A stretch of DNA of 64,000 bases from the human T2T-CHM13v2.0 reference genome, Homo sapiens (GCF_009914755.1 NC_060927.1), one strand, 5' to 3'; counted from the stretch's first letter, positions 42,164-56,292 are shown. The notes: generated by a model not told the origin, from the sequence alone. Program-made: numbers and translations.

Positions 42164-43166
42164 TAGGATAAAATTTAGAGATCTTTTCAAGGCATATAAT
42201 GTCTTACATGAGTTGGTTCCTGCTGCCTTCTCTAACCTCATCTCATACAACTCCCTCTGAGCTCACTAGAAATTCTAATCTTCTTTTCCATTACTAAATC
42301 ATGTCAACCGCTTCCTAACTCAGGGCCTTCATACCTGCGATTTACTTTCTCTTTTGAATGGTCTTTCCCCTTCCTCCTTGCCTGTCTATGCCTAGCTTTA
42401 TACTGTAGATTTCTGCTTAAATACCTCTCCAGCAGAAAAACTTTTCCTGATAAAACTTAGATAGCACTGTATCATTTGTTTTCTCTTTTATTAAAAAAAA
42501 AAGCTGTATTGAAGTATAATTGACATGCAATAAACTATAAAAATTAAGGTATACACTTTGATACATTTTGTCATAGGCATATAACTGTGAAATCATCATC
42601 AATATTCGCAATAATGCATCACTCCAGGAGGTCCCTTTGTGGAGGATCCTTGTTATTTTCCAAGTAGGAAACAGTGCCTAGACCATCACAATATTTCTTA
42701 CAATTTATAATTGCTAATTGCTTTCATCTCAGTTTGTAGTAACTCGCTTGTGCATCTCACCATCTAGACTGGAGCTCCATTTGAAGAGAAAATGTGTCTG
42801 TAGAGTTCATTGCTACATCTCCATGATCACATTGTCCAGATGTTCAATAAATTTTTGAATATATGAATAATTGTTTGTATTATAAGCTGATAAAGTCCCT
42901 TAAAGAAATACAAGTCAAGTGCTTAGATACTTTTGATGTAGTCTGCCCTTTGAAGAACTAGTAGATTTGTGACTTTTTAAAATTGTAGCCTTCTGAAACT
43001 AAGCGAAAAAAAATATGAGGTGAATTTTTGAAAGGCCTAAACGAAGAAAAATGAGATCCCAACTTGTCTCTCATGTAAGGGAGGTAAAGAAAAGTAAGTG
43101 TTGAATGCCAGGTGTAGTAGTCTGCTCTTTATTTGAGTCGAGACTAAGAAGCAATCATTGAAAGGT

Positions 43167-43480
43167 TTTTATTTTTTTATTTATTTTTATTTTTTGAGGC
43201 AGGGTCTCGTTCTGTGAGACCAGGCTGGAGTAAGTAGTGCAATCATAGCTCACTGAAACCTCAAACTCCTGGGCTCAAGGCATCCCCCTCCCTCAGCCTC
43301 CCTAGTATGCTGGGACTACAGGTGCATGCCAACACACCTGGCTAGTTTTTTAAAATTTTTTGTACAGATGAGGTTTCACTTTGTTTCCCAGGCGCATCTC
43401 AAAATCCTGGCCTCGAGCAGTCCTCCCTCCCCAGCCTCTGAAAGTGTTGGACTTAGAGGCATGAGCCACTGTGCCCGGCC
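43167..43480 (-). mobile_element. AluJ
   Basis: Antisense dimer; TSD tcattgaaaggtttt / tcattaaaggtttt. Confidence 0.92.
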
Positions 43481-43697
43481 TTCATTAAAGGTTTTCAGCT
43501 TGGCCCTGACTTTTTATTGTCTTGGCTTTGCCTCAGGACAATTAATATGGCACTGATACATAAGAAAACATATGAATATCTTCGAGACCTGTACTTTACC
43601 TATCTGCATGATTTATATCATTGCAAATAAGGAAGAAAAGTTAGGAAAAGACAAATATAATTCAAAGTGTTTAAGTTTTCTGAAACTAGAGGGTTGG

Positions 43698-44067
43698 TGA
43701 TATGGTTTGGTTCTGTGTCCCCACCCAAATCTCATCTTGTAGCTCCCATAATTCCCACATGTTGTGGGACGTACCGGGTAAGAGATGATTGAATCATGGG
43801 GATGGGTCTTTCCCATTGCTGTTCTCATGATAGTGAATGGGTCTCATGAGATCTGATGGTTTTAAAAACGGGAGTTTCTCTGCACAAACTCTCTCTTTTT
43901 GCCTGCCAACATCCATGTAAGACAGAACTTTGTGCCTCCTTTCCTTCCGCCATGATTGTGAGGCCTCCCCAGACACGTAGAACTGTAAGTCCATTAAACC
44001 TCTCTCTTTTGTAAATTGCCCCATCTTGGGCATGTCTTCATCAGCAGTGTGAAAACTGACAAATACA
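43698..44067 (+). mobile_element. THE1 (C/D-like) solo LTR
   Basis: tgatatggtttgg...cccacccaaatctcatcttg...ccattaaacctc...aaataca with TG..CA ends; 5-bp TSD gttgg / gttag. Confidence 0.93.
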
Positions 44068-45686
44068 GTTAGTTTAACCACTCTCTGGAGTGTTCTATTC
44101 ATGGGTTGGTAACAAATAAACCATTTATAATTTAAAGTTTTCACAGCCTTAGAAATGCTCACATAGATGTTAGGAAATAGTTTTGGTATACAACAAAACA
44201 GAACCTTTGTGCACATTTATTTTTGTATTATATTGTACTGAGGGTTTCTAATCAGGTGAAGAGAAAAGCAGTGTCAGAATGGGAAGTCTGAATTTGAATT
44301 GGATATGTTTAAGCAAATTGTCTCTTTACCAGCCCTACCTAATTTGAGAATACATAACACCCATTCAGCTCTCCCTGAACTCACATGTTGGATTTTCCCA
44401 ACTAATTTTAATACACACAGATAAAAAGACCAGATATTTGGTCTATACATTTTCTGAATGTATGGAAACATCTATTTATGTAACAAGCATAATATTATAG
44501 CTGAAATTGAAATCATTTTTGTATTTTGGTGGTTGTTGACTGGCTAATAGCTAATAAGTCAATGTCAGGATAGCGAAATCCCACATGTATTCAAATATTT
44601 AACTCCAATAAATAACATTTGTTCATTCAGCACCTACTAAATGAATCTACCTCTGTTAATCTTCGCAATTATCGGATAGGTAGATACATTGAGATTATCC
44701 CTGCTTAGTAGATGAGAAAACTGGTGGTTAGGTATAATTTTCCCATGGTAATGCCACTTACCAGTAGCAGAGTTGCAATTGAAACTTGGATTTGTGGCCT
44801 CTGAAATGATCAAGTAATAGTTATTGATTTTTAAGTTCATGTAATGACAAATATTTGTTTGATCTTGGAATCAGGACTGAGTATTTTTGATAGAAAGGAA
44901 TAAGTCATATTTTGGATGGGCAGATGAAGATCTTATAAGAATGTTACTGCCACAGCTTATACCTAAACATGTTGAAAATATTTTAGGGAAGAGAATGTAT
45001 ATGTTGATGGATTTGTGTTAGCTGCTTTTTGGATTCAATGATTAAAGCCAGTTTTGCCTTATAGCTAAAAGTATCTGATAAAAAACTAATCACTTGTCAT
45101 AAAGAAGAGAAGTGGAGGCTATGTCATCATTACCATCACCATCTGAAGTCGTCAAATATATTGCATTTCCTGTGATGTCCCAGTTAGTTCCAAGCAGTTA
45201 TATTTATATAAAATCATATATTTCAGTAAATATTGGAGCTTTGTAAGAATAACATTATTTTAACATAAATAGGTGTTTTCAGACAGTCTCATTATTTGTG
45301 TATTCCAAATATGTAGTACCTTGAAGACCTTGACTTATTTGAGAACAGCATGAAAATTTGCCTGCCTGAAAATCTATTGGCGTATATTCAAGATACGTTT
45401 TACAAGCAGGAGATTATTTTGGGAGCATAATTCATCACTTTGCTTACATAGTTGTTGGCTCTTTGTCTGGCATTTGATTGGAGAGCTACATTTTCTTGGA
45501 GTAATGTTGAACACAATTTTGGAGAAACTGGTTTTTTTTGACAATTTGAAATGTTACTGATTAAGATCCCTTGAGGCCAATTCTATACACAAAGTACATA
45601 TTTATCCATTGATTCCATGAAAACATAAAAATTCTTTCCATTTAGTAAATAGATAATTTGGTACAGGATTATTTGCCCTGGAGTAA

Positions 45687-46032
<346 letters not shown>

Positions 46033-49000
46033 TGAAGAGTTCCTTCACATTAGATCAGAAGAAATGTGTATGTGTGTTTGTGTGTGTGTGTCTGTACCTC
46101 CTGTAATTGTCATGTGTATATGTTTGCATTTAGAGTAGTTTTTTCTTATTCATTTTCAAAAATAAATAATCAATTTTGCATTATTTCTTGCCTCTGATCC
46201 CAATCTATTAGTGGAAAGAAGTGAGATTCAACCATAATTGGAAAAGTCATCACCTTTTAAAAGAAGTAACATTGGTCACATTAGTCCCAATTCCATCTCA
46301 CATTGGGTATGTGACCAGCCTTGAACCAGGTGAAATATAGAAATACAGAACTTCAGATGTGATCCAAGCTATACATTAGTGGGAACAGTACATCCCTTGA
46401 TAGTGACACTATTCTATTTGAATGTCTTAAGGTTCCATTGACATGCTTTTATTAGCTCCTTCAAAATGTTGGCTAATATTACACAATTGACTGAGTATTT
46501 CTGATGCATCCTTTCTGTTAATACCAAATGCCAATAAATTTCATGGTAAAATAATTTGATATTGGCATTTTAAAGATATTATCCTTAGTTTTCATGCCAG
46601 TTAGATCCCATCTGAGTCTGCATGTATTAATAGACTTCAGGAAAAATTCCACAATGTCACATATCATGCATGGCCTAGAGAAAAGGCTTTATTGGGAAAT
46701 TTACATATGTCAAGATTTAACAATGAGAAGAGAAGCCAGGGGTCCTATAATCTTCCACATCCCACCTAAAGGTGTGGCAGGACCTGGCTGCCTTGATCCT
46801 GCAGTGTGGCTCTGTGTTCCTAGCAAGGGTCCGTTCTCTTCAGTAGCCTACCTTGTCAATGAAGGATAAGTGGACCCCTTGGCTCCAGGCCCCCAGAGAC
46901 CCTCAGGCGCTGTGGGATACTAAAGTATCCCTTGTGTGGAGGTGGAAGCCCCTGGTTGTATGATAAGCTGAGCTTGGGTGTAGCCCCTCCTACTGGGAGA
47001 AGGTAGGATATCCCTGGCTGTAGTTGTCATATTGTCCAGAGTTCAGAGAGTGAGTATCCAGCGTTATTTTGAGTCAGTCCTGCTCATTTAAACTTACAAC
47101 AGTAGATCTGCATGATCCCCAAACACGCAGGTATAAAAATTTTCTCAAAGTTGACCACCTGTTAGACAATCTCATCATTTAGTGGAAACCTCACTGTAAT
47201 CGCCATGAGGATTATGTATCATCATCTGTTGTATGTGGGTGGCATTGCACTAGTACTGGATAAAACAAGTGAAGCTATCATGGTTTTTCTCTTCTAAGAG
47301 TTTATTAGATGACATCATTCTCAAAGTCTAAATTTTGTGAATAAAAAATAACACTATAGCATGTGCCTTTACATGAAGGTTTAATTAAAAGCAATGAATG
47401 AATACATATGCTTCAACATTAATCTCACTGAATATATTTTTAAGAATCCTGCAGTTTGACTGTAGATAGGATGAAATGTTAAAAATAGACCCTAAACCCA
47501 CCTTGATTTATGTATTTACTTGGAGAGAAACAGGTGAGGGAAGCATATTGAATCATAACCTAATTCCTACAAACATTGATTTACACACAAATTAATTTAC
47601 TAAACAAATTATAGTTTATACATTTATACATTAAGCATATTTATTTAATTTAAACATACTAGTAAAATGGACATCGGTTGTCCTCCAAATTCTTTGTGTT
47701 TTCATTTAGATAAAGATGATAATGTTGACAATAATCTGAAGCTTAATAACAGAAATAGCAATCATGTGTTGAATATTTATTCTGGTGGTAGTAAGGAATC
47801 AATCCATATATATTTACACATCTATAACCATACACATATGCATACATATATAATAGATAATATATATTTATGCACATTTTGTATTTTTTTTCATTTAATC
47901 TGCACACCATCCCTTAGGAGTAACTTATTTTTATGAATGCTTCTCAGATAAATGGAGAATTAGGGAAGTGCAATCATTTGCCCCTGTTCACTCTACTAGT
48001 GGAAGCAGGATTTGAATCTAGGCGATTTGACTCTAAAGGTCCATGCTCTTTATCACTATTCAATACTGCAGATGTAAATTATAAGGCCATTCTATCCATG
48101 TAATTTTAATACAATAAATGCTATGTGCTGAGTGTTTTTTAAAGATTAAAATTTGAATCTGCAGTAAACTGGCTACTTATCTTATTGTCAACCACATCTT
48201 TTTCGGTACTGTGTCCAGGACACAGTTAGATATTAAGTAAAAACATCCCTGGTCATTTTTTTTTTAAATTTGAGTTTCTCTGGCTTCTGCACATAGCCCA
48301 TATAAACTCAGAAACCCGTTATTTGGAGATTTCACTGAATGAAATACCATAAGCTTTGTAGTGGGAAGGGGTTGTAAGACCAGGTCACCCAAACTTAGTT
48401 TGCAAATGCTGCAGCAGCTACTCTTAGCAGCCACTGTCCTTTCCATAGCATTTCCAAGGCACCTGCATTCTTTTGCAGCTACTACTACCCACCACACCTC
48501 TTCCTTAGCAGTTCCATAGCCAAGATTTCAGAGATTGTTATGAAAATCACATTGAGGCCAGTACTTCGTTAGAAATTTAATAAGGACTACAACATTGGGT
48601 TGCAAAGGAAGGGGTAATGCCTCTTCTACTACCATTTGTAGTTTGCCCTCTAGGTTCAGCATTAACAATTTTTATGAAGCATTAGGAGCTTTCAAGGGCC
48701 TTTGGCAGGGAGCACCTTATGCCTCAATGAAGGAGCCTTAAGCAAAGTTAATAAAAATGCGAAAGTATTGTGTCTTGACATAAGGCTCCTGAGTCGTAAT
48801 GTTGATAATCTTCAGCATAGAGCTCTAGCAACATGATGCATCTGGTGTCTGTAACCCAGCTGTTCCCCAGGAAAGGTGCAGAATTGAGAATCATCAGCCT
48901 GAAGGCATGCATAAAAGACAGCACCTGAGAAGTGGTGCTGTGTGCCTATGGAAGAGCCCAGTCAGAGGAGTACAGACTTCAACTGAACCATCCCCCAGTA

Positions 49001-50529
49001 TAGAGATGCGCACACGTCAGGGGAGCATAAATGAGAAAACTGGACTTTCTCAAGCCTGAGGTGTTGGATAATGACCTGACAGCGTTCTCACTAGTCCCAT
49101 AAAACAGCCTATGTTTGTTCCCATCTAATCATGTGACTAGAATGTAGGAGAGTACTTCTAAAAGTAAACACATTTGAACAATCTGTATGTAGGAGGAAGA
49201 AAGTACTGTATTAAAATTGTCAGTTTTTCTTCTTATTTTTCCTTACCTAATGAACTTTTTGGCATCTATCAGTTTCTAACCAGGCAGCTGCTGAAATTTT
49301 TATTCATGCCTTGGTTTCCTCAAGAATTGATTTTTGTAATTCTTTTTTGCAGCCTTCCCTTACCGGGCTATTTTGAGGTTGCAGCACACTCTGAATTCAG
49401 CAGGTGCTTCAAGCCTGGCAGCATCTTATTGCCTTTCTTCCGACTTCCTTTAGTGACCTCCAGTATCAAACACGATTGCTCTTCCAATTTTAATTTCTAC
49501 TTGCTGTGGTACCGAACAACCTCGTTAGTCCTATCACTGAGCCCAGTTGGCAATGTTGGGAGGTCTGAGTAGTTCCACACTCCGTAAATTGCAGTGGTAT
49601 TAGCAAGTACAATTGCATACTCTTAATCATCTTGCCCTTATTATATGAGAAGTTTCTGGTGTATTTTAAGGGAGAAAATGCTTTAGAGAGTAAAGAGGGA
49701 AAAAATCAAAGCAAACTCTCCCTCTCAATATTCTAATCACGAAGGACTGGAATTTTCAAGAACCAATTTCAATTTGATGCTTCAATATAGAATTGAATTT
49801 AGGGTGTATGTGAGTGAGTGTGTATTTTTGCACACATTCACATATATATATTTTTAATATGGTACTTGAACTGCAATAAAGCCAGTACTCTTTCCTTGAT
49901 TTTATGTAGACCACTTTTACATCATAATTCAAAAATATAAGGAAACTTATGTAGCCGTAATAGAAATTCAGTAGAATTAGAAAGTAAAAGCAACAAAATA
50001 TAAAGGGCTGCCAGCAGCTAAGCCTTCGCAAATCAGTTCAGTTAGTTGATGTGTTTATTTGTGCATGTAGAGCCATTGTATTTGTACAAATGTCCCTCCA
50101 ACATATATACATGAAAGGGGTATTAAAGATCCACTCTCTTGGTTTTGTGGCTGAACAAATTGCCTCAAGCTCTTACTAATGGTAATAACTTTTCCTATTT
50201 AAAGGGCATTTTCAAATGGGAGAAGATTGTTATTTTTTACTTTTTTAAAAATAATTTCTGATCTAAGGAAAATAAGCTAACATCTATACAACAGAATACA
50301 TTATTGGTAATAACTGACATATGTTGAGTATTGTGTGCTCAACATATATAGCTTGGTGTATACCTTATAGATCATTAAAAATAGCAACACTGTAGGTAAG
50401 ACTGGGAAAATGTATGTTGTTTATTTCAGAGATTAGCGTGTATCCACATGTAGGGACCATGGAGTGTAGAGTTGGAGGTTCGGCCAAAGCCCTCCTGGGC
50501 CACTCCTTGGCAATGTTACTAGTTGTAGG

Positions 50530-50680
50530 TTCCATTCTATCACAGTTTTAAGGATGATGAAACTGAGGCTTATAGAATTTAAGTGATTTCTCAAGATCAT
50601 AGAGCTGGTAAATGGTGAAGAAAGAATTTAAAACTAGTATATCTGAATCCAGAATCTGAGCTGTTGACTAACATGTAGCA
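50530..50680 (-). mobile_element. MIR
   Basis: gatgatgaaactgaggcttatagaatttaagtgatttctcaagatcatagagctggtaaatgg. Confidence 0.8.
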
Positions 50681-51302
50681 TTGCCATCTCCAATCCTTGG
50701 GGATTTATTTTTCACAGGGCCTAAATGTGTGGACCTTTTATTCTGATGCCTTTTTCTTCATTCTTTTTGTTTGCTTAAACTAAACCTTCTTTTGAACTAT
50801 AAAGGTGATGGTGAGTAACAAGTCCCATGTGTGATTTTATTGTACACAGTCAGAAGACAGAAGACACTCAGACAGCCCATCTGCTCAGAGTGTGGCTTAC
50901 ATCAGTTTCTGTATTACGGCTATCTTTTGTAGAATGATTTGTAGCCTTTATCAAACTTCTCTTGGTTAAAAGTTTGTAATGGCAGAGAATCCCTAGCTAA
51001 ACAGTCAGAGAAAGTAATTCCTTAGAGGAAATTACATCAGCATTATTCATTATTGCATTAGAGAGTGTATTTTTGTCAATTCTCTAGCAGAGATCAAGTT
51101 CCTGAGGGAATTAGATGGAGAAAGAAGCATTGGGTATGAATTGGATGAGGTTTTATGTTGCCTGAAGCTTGAGTTACTTATTAGCAAGAGTCCAAAACAT
51201 CTTCTTTATTGAAGTTTGGAGCTATCTGTTCCTCAAGTGACAAAAATGTTCAACCTTCATTTGGGGATTCTACCCCAACTCTATTTTGGTTTATGGAATT
51301 CT

Positions 51303-51303
<1 letters not shown>

Positions 51304-51335
<32 letters not shown>

Positions 51336-51509
51336 CAAAACATTCTTTATTTGGTCAATAAAGGGCAGAAGTTTTGGATTCTTAAACATTCAGTATTTTT
51401 TTAAATTTAGTCCAGGGTTTATTCAAATACCATTTTGCCCCAAACTACTCTCTCCTCTCTTTCTGGGGCTCTAATTATATGATTGTTAGACCTTGGAGGG
51501 CAGCTTAGA
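51304..51509 (-). other. L1 3'-transduced segment (176 bp) plus second poly(A)
   Basis: T29 at 51305-51333; minus-strand AATAAA at 51346-51351; lies between the L1 tail (51510) and the TSD (51287-51303). Confidence 0.88.
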
Positions 51510-53047
51510 TTTTTTTTATACTTTAAGTTCTAGGGTACATGTGTACAACCTGCAGGTTTGTTACATTTGTATACACACGCCATGTTGTGTGCTGCACCCA
51601 TTAACTCGTCATTTACATTAGGTATGTCTCCTAATACTGTTCCTTCCCCTCCCGCACCCCACAACAGGCCCCGGTGTGTGATGTCCCCCTTCCTGTGTCC
51701 AAGTGTTCTCATTGTTCAATTCCCACCTATGAGTGAGAACATGCGGTGTTTGGTTTTCTGTCCTTGTGATAGTTTGCTCAGAATGATGGTTTCCAGCTTC
51801 ATCCATGTCCCTGCAAAGGACATGAACTCATCATTTTCTATGGCTGCATAGTATTCCATGGTGTCTATGTGCCACATTTTCTTAATCCAGTGTATCATTG
51901 ATGGACATTTGGGTTGATTCCAAGTCTTTGCTATTGTGAATAGTGCCACAATAAACATACGTGTGCATGTGTCTTTATAGCAGCATGATTTATAGTCCTT
52001 TGGGTATATACCCAGTAATGGGATGGCTGGGTCAAACGGTATTTCTAGTTCTAGATCCTTGAGGAATCTCCACACTGTCTTCCACAATGGTTGAACTAGT
52101 TTACAGTCCCACCAACAGTGTAAAAGTGTTCCTATTTCTCCACATCCTCTCCAGCACCTGTCGTTTCCTGGCTTTTTAATGATCCCCATTCTAACTGGTG
52201 TGAGATGGTATCTCATTGTGGTTTTGATTTGCATTTCTCTGATGGCCAGTGATGATGAGCATTTTTTCATGTGTCTGTTGGCTGCATAAATGTCTTCTTT
52301 TGAGAAGTGTCTGTTCATATTCATTGCCCACTTTTTGATGGGGTTGTTGTATTTTTTCTTGTAAATTTGTTTGAGTTCTTTGTAGATTCTGGATATTAGC
52401 CCTTTGTCAGATGAGTAGATTGCAAAAATTTTCTCCCATTCTGTAGGTTGCCTGTTCACTCTGATGGTAGTTTCTTTTGTTGTGCAGAAGCTCTTTAGTT
52501 TAATTAGATCCCATTTGTCTATTTTGGCTTTTGTTGCCATTGCTTTTGGTGTTTTAGTCATAAAGTCCTTGCCCATGCCTATGTTCTGAATGGTATTGCC
52601 TAGGTTTTCTTCTAGCATTTTTATGGTTTTAGGCCTAAAATTTAAGTCGTTAATCCATCTTGAATTAATTTTTGTATAAGGTGTAAGGAAGGGATCCAGT
52701 TTCAGCTTTCTACATATGGGTAGCCAGTTTTCTCAGAACCTTTATTAAATAGGGAATCCTTTCCTCATTCCTTGTTTTTGTCAGGTTTGTCAAAGATCGG
52801 ATGGTTATAGATGTGTGGTATTATTTCTGAGGGCTCTGTTCTGTTCTGTTCCATTGGTCTATATCTCTGTTTTGGTACCAGTACCATGCTGTTTTGGTTA
52901 CTGTAGCCTTGAAGTATAGTTTGAAGTCAGGTAGCGTGATGCCTCCCGCTTTGTTCTTTTGGCTTAGGATTGCCTTGGCAATGCGGGCTCTATTTTGGTT
53001 CCATCTGAACTTTAAAGTAGTTTTTTCCAATTCTGTGAAGAAAGTCA
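51510..53047 (-). mobile_element. L1PA5-like LINE-1 3' segment
   Basis: ORF 51716-52618 (300 aa) is the ORF2 C-terminus with CWRGC..HCWWDC; 3' UTR; short A8 tail. Confidence 0.96.
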
Positions 53048-54008
53048 GCATCATCCTGATACCAAAGCCTGGCAGAGACACAACAAAAAAAGAGAATTTT
53101 AGACCAAAATCCCTGATGAACATTGATGCAAAAATTCTCAATAAAATACTGGCAAACTGAATCCAGCAGCACATCAAAAAGCTTATCCACCAAGATCAAG
53201 TTGGCTTCATCCCTGGGATGCAAGGCTGATTCAACATACGCAAATCAATAAACGTAATCCATCATATAAACAGAACCAATGACAAAAACCACATGATTAT
53301 CTCAGTAGATGCAGAAAAGGCCTTCAACAAAATTCAACAGCTCTTCATACTGAAAACTCTCAATAAACTAGGTATTGATGGAACGTATCTCAAAATAATA
53401 AGAGCTATTTATGACAAACCCACAGCCAATATCATACTAAGTGGGCAAAAACTGGAAGCATTCCCTTTGAAAACTGGCACAAGACAGGGATGCCCTCTCT
53501 CACCACTCCTATTCAACATAGGGTTGAAAGTTCTGGCCAGGGCAATCAGGCAGGAGAAAGAAATAAAGGGTATTCAATTAGGAAAAGATGTAGTCAAATT
53601 GTCCCTGTTTGCAGATGACATGATTGTATATTTAGAAAACCCCATCATCTCAGCCCCAAATCTCTTTAAGCTGATGAAGAACTTCAGCAAAATCTCAGGA
53701 TACAACATGAATGTGCAAAAATCACAAGCATTCCTATACACCAATAACAGACAGAGAGCCAAATCATCAGTGAACTCCCATTCACAATTGCTTCAAAGAG
53801 AATAAAATACCTAGGAATCCAACTTACAAGGGATGTGAAGGACCTCTTCAAGGAGAACTACAAAACACTGCTCAACAAAATAAAAGAGGACACAAACAAC
53901 TGGAAGAACATTCCATGCTCATGGATAGGAAGAATCAATATCATGAAAATGGCCATACTGTCCAAGGTAATTTATAGATTCAATGTCATCCCCATCAAGC
54001 TACCAATG
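53046..54008 (+). mobile_element. Inverted 5' segment of the same L1 (ORF2 RT domain)
   Basis: ORF 53293-53805 contains [11 protein letters not shown] and FADD; ends caagctaccaatg, contiguous in L1 with the start of the minus-strand segment (tgactttcttcacag). Confidence 0.96.
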
Positions 54009-55970
54009 GTTTATGGAATTCTTATGTATAGATAGCTTCAGTTCACCCAAGGATTACAAGCATTATATGGTAATAATACATGAAGAAGCAGAGAAAACTA
54101 AAGTACAGGTTGTCTTCCTTAGCAAGTACAACCTTTGCCCACTGAATGTGCTTTCTTAAGTCTCAGCTTTGAGAAAAAGCAAGGCTTAAGTAAGGGGGGT
54201 TCCAGTGAGCAGACATTAGAGTATTTCCTATTGTATTAAGGCAACTGAATGAACTGTTTGAAAGTTTAACTCTCAGGGTGGCTTAGGTGGCTTAGTAAAT
54301 ACAATTATGAGAAGAAATGTTTTCTTCACTTACTTGACTGTAATTTGTTGTTAAGATATATTTTGAAATTGTTGAGTATTTTCTCATTTTTCTGTGCCTC
54401 TCAATTTTCTGCCAAAAAAAAAATTTCTGAGAATTTTGTTTTTTTCAGTTAGGATGGAACAAAGTTGCTGTTACTCTATGTGATTAGGGAATGATGTTTT
54501 AGGTGAATTAAATAATAAATGATTTTTCCCATATGCCAAACATGGAAGACTAATGAGATTTGAAATGCAGCGTATTTCTTGATATTGAAAATATACAACA
54601 TGAAATTTTTTCTTTGATTCAGAAGGTACTTTAGGATGTCCTAGTGTGGGAAAATCATTAGAAATTGTCAGTCTCTTGTAACATTATGGAAGTCCTGGTT
54701 TATCGATATTTTTCTGTGGTGAGAGAAGCAGGTAATCAAATCTTTACAGAAACAAAATCCTACAGAAAATAATGCTGGCAGTCTGCTGATTAAAGTGTCT
54801 GAATAAAATGGATTAGGTAAATAAAAAGAATGAGCATATAAGTAGAAGAAATTGTAGTTTCTAAATATTAAATTCAGAAAGTTTTGATTAATGACTTACG
54901 TTTCATGTCATATGGCTTAAAGATTTTTTGCCTTATTTCTTATCCTTGAAAACAAAGTGAAGTGCATATGAGAGCTCCGGTGGAATAAAAACAGCCCGTT
55001 ATGGGCTGGTCTATTACTTCTTCAACAAAGCTCTATCTACTGTCATGGGGCAGCTTAGTATGACAGAAAGAAAACAGATGTGTGTTTCAGCTCTTCTGCT
55101 TAATAGCTTTGTGAATCAGCCAGGATATACAACATGGTTTAGTTGTGCTACAGTAGAAACCCTTTCTGAAATTTCCCTGGCACAGTACTGCACGTGTGTA
55201 TGTTTGACTCACAGCGCATTATCCAAGGTGAATTGGCAGAGGGCCTCTGCCCACGGGTCATTCAGAGACCTGGGCTGATGGAGGCTTTCTGTCAATGCCT
55301 GCTTCAAACACCGTGGAGAGTGGAAAGGGAAATGTGGCAAATCATACAGGCTCTTAACATTTCTACTTGGAAGTGAGATGTAATTTCTGTCACATTTCAT
55401 CTGCCAGAGTAAGACACATAGTCAAAGAAAAAGAAAGTAGGATTCTACCATATATCCAGAGAGATATCACTAATGACAACCACACCATGTGTTTTTGTAT
55501 AAATCTCTTAGTGTGTCTGAGCTTCATTATGCTAATCTGTTATTTTTTTTAAAAAGTGGAGGATTTCCCTGACTTGATGCCTCTTCCTGTGACCCTCCTC
55601 TGAACTTTTGTGTATCCTAGTCACCAGAGGAAAGATGTTTTTTCATTTATTCAACAAATAATTTTCAGCTCCTTCTATGTAAGGTACCAGCTAGGCTTTG
55701 GAGACGTTGCAGAAAACAAAAATAGGTAAGGCTGATCTCCCAGTTCTTATGTTCAGTTGGATTGACAATCAGCAAAATAGATACATATCTATGTAATATT
55801 TCAGTTGGTAAAAAGTGCTAAGAGGAAGAATAAAGTAGGGCAGATTTGTTCCAAGGAAAACTTAAGAAAAGGGGGGAAATAATATATGAATATCAGTAGG
55901 TGAAGGTTTCTAGATGATAGAAGAGGAAATGCAGAGCCCTAAGCAGGATTCTGCTAGGCATTTTTTAAAC

Positions 55971-56292
55971 TACTTTATTGAGGTATGATTTACATATAAA
56001 AAGCTGTACATATTTAAGAGATACAACTTGATGTGTCTAGAGATAAGAATACACCCATGAAACCATCATCACAATCAATGCCATAAACTTATTCATCACC
56101 TCCATAAGTTTTCTCCTGCCCCCTTGTTGTTGTTTTTATTTTGTTTTGATTTCCTCTTATAGTAAGAGCCAATAAAGGAAATATAAGATCTACCCTCTTA
56201 GTACCTTTTTAAGTAAATAGTACAGTATTGTTAATCATATGCTCTATATTGTAGGGGAGATCTCCAGAACTTATTAATATTTTGCATAACTG
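55971..56292 (-). mobile_element. L1MA/MB-like 3' fragment
   Basis: ctttattgaggtatgatttacatataaaaagctgtac..gatctaccctcttag..gatctccagaacttatt. Confidence 0.85.

Noticed and set aside
46760-47040. GC-richer patch, possibly an LTR fragment or a cryptic exon
   Set aside because: I could not assign a repeat family or find a convincing splice-site pair by eye.
51716-52618. 300-aa ORF, and other long ORFs at 1928-2530, 53293-53805 and 36885-37256, as host genes
   Set aside because: All are LINE-1 ORF2 fragments from truncated or inverted copies with no 5' UTR or ORF1.
52821-53177. 118-aa apparently novel chimeric ORF
   Set aside because: It reads through the L1 inversion junction (antisense ORF2 fused to sense ORF2); there is no promoter or splice evidence.
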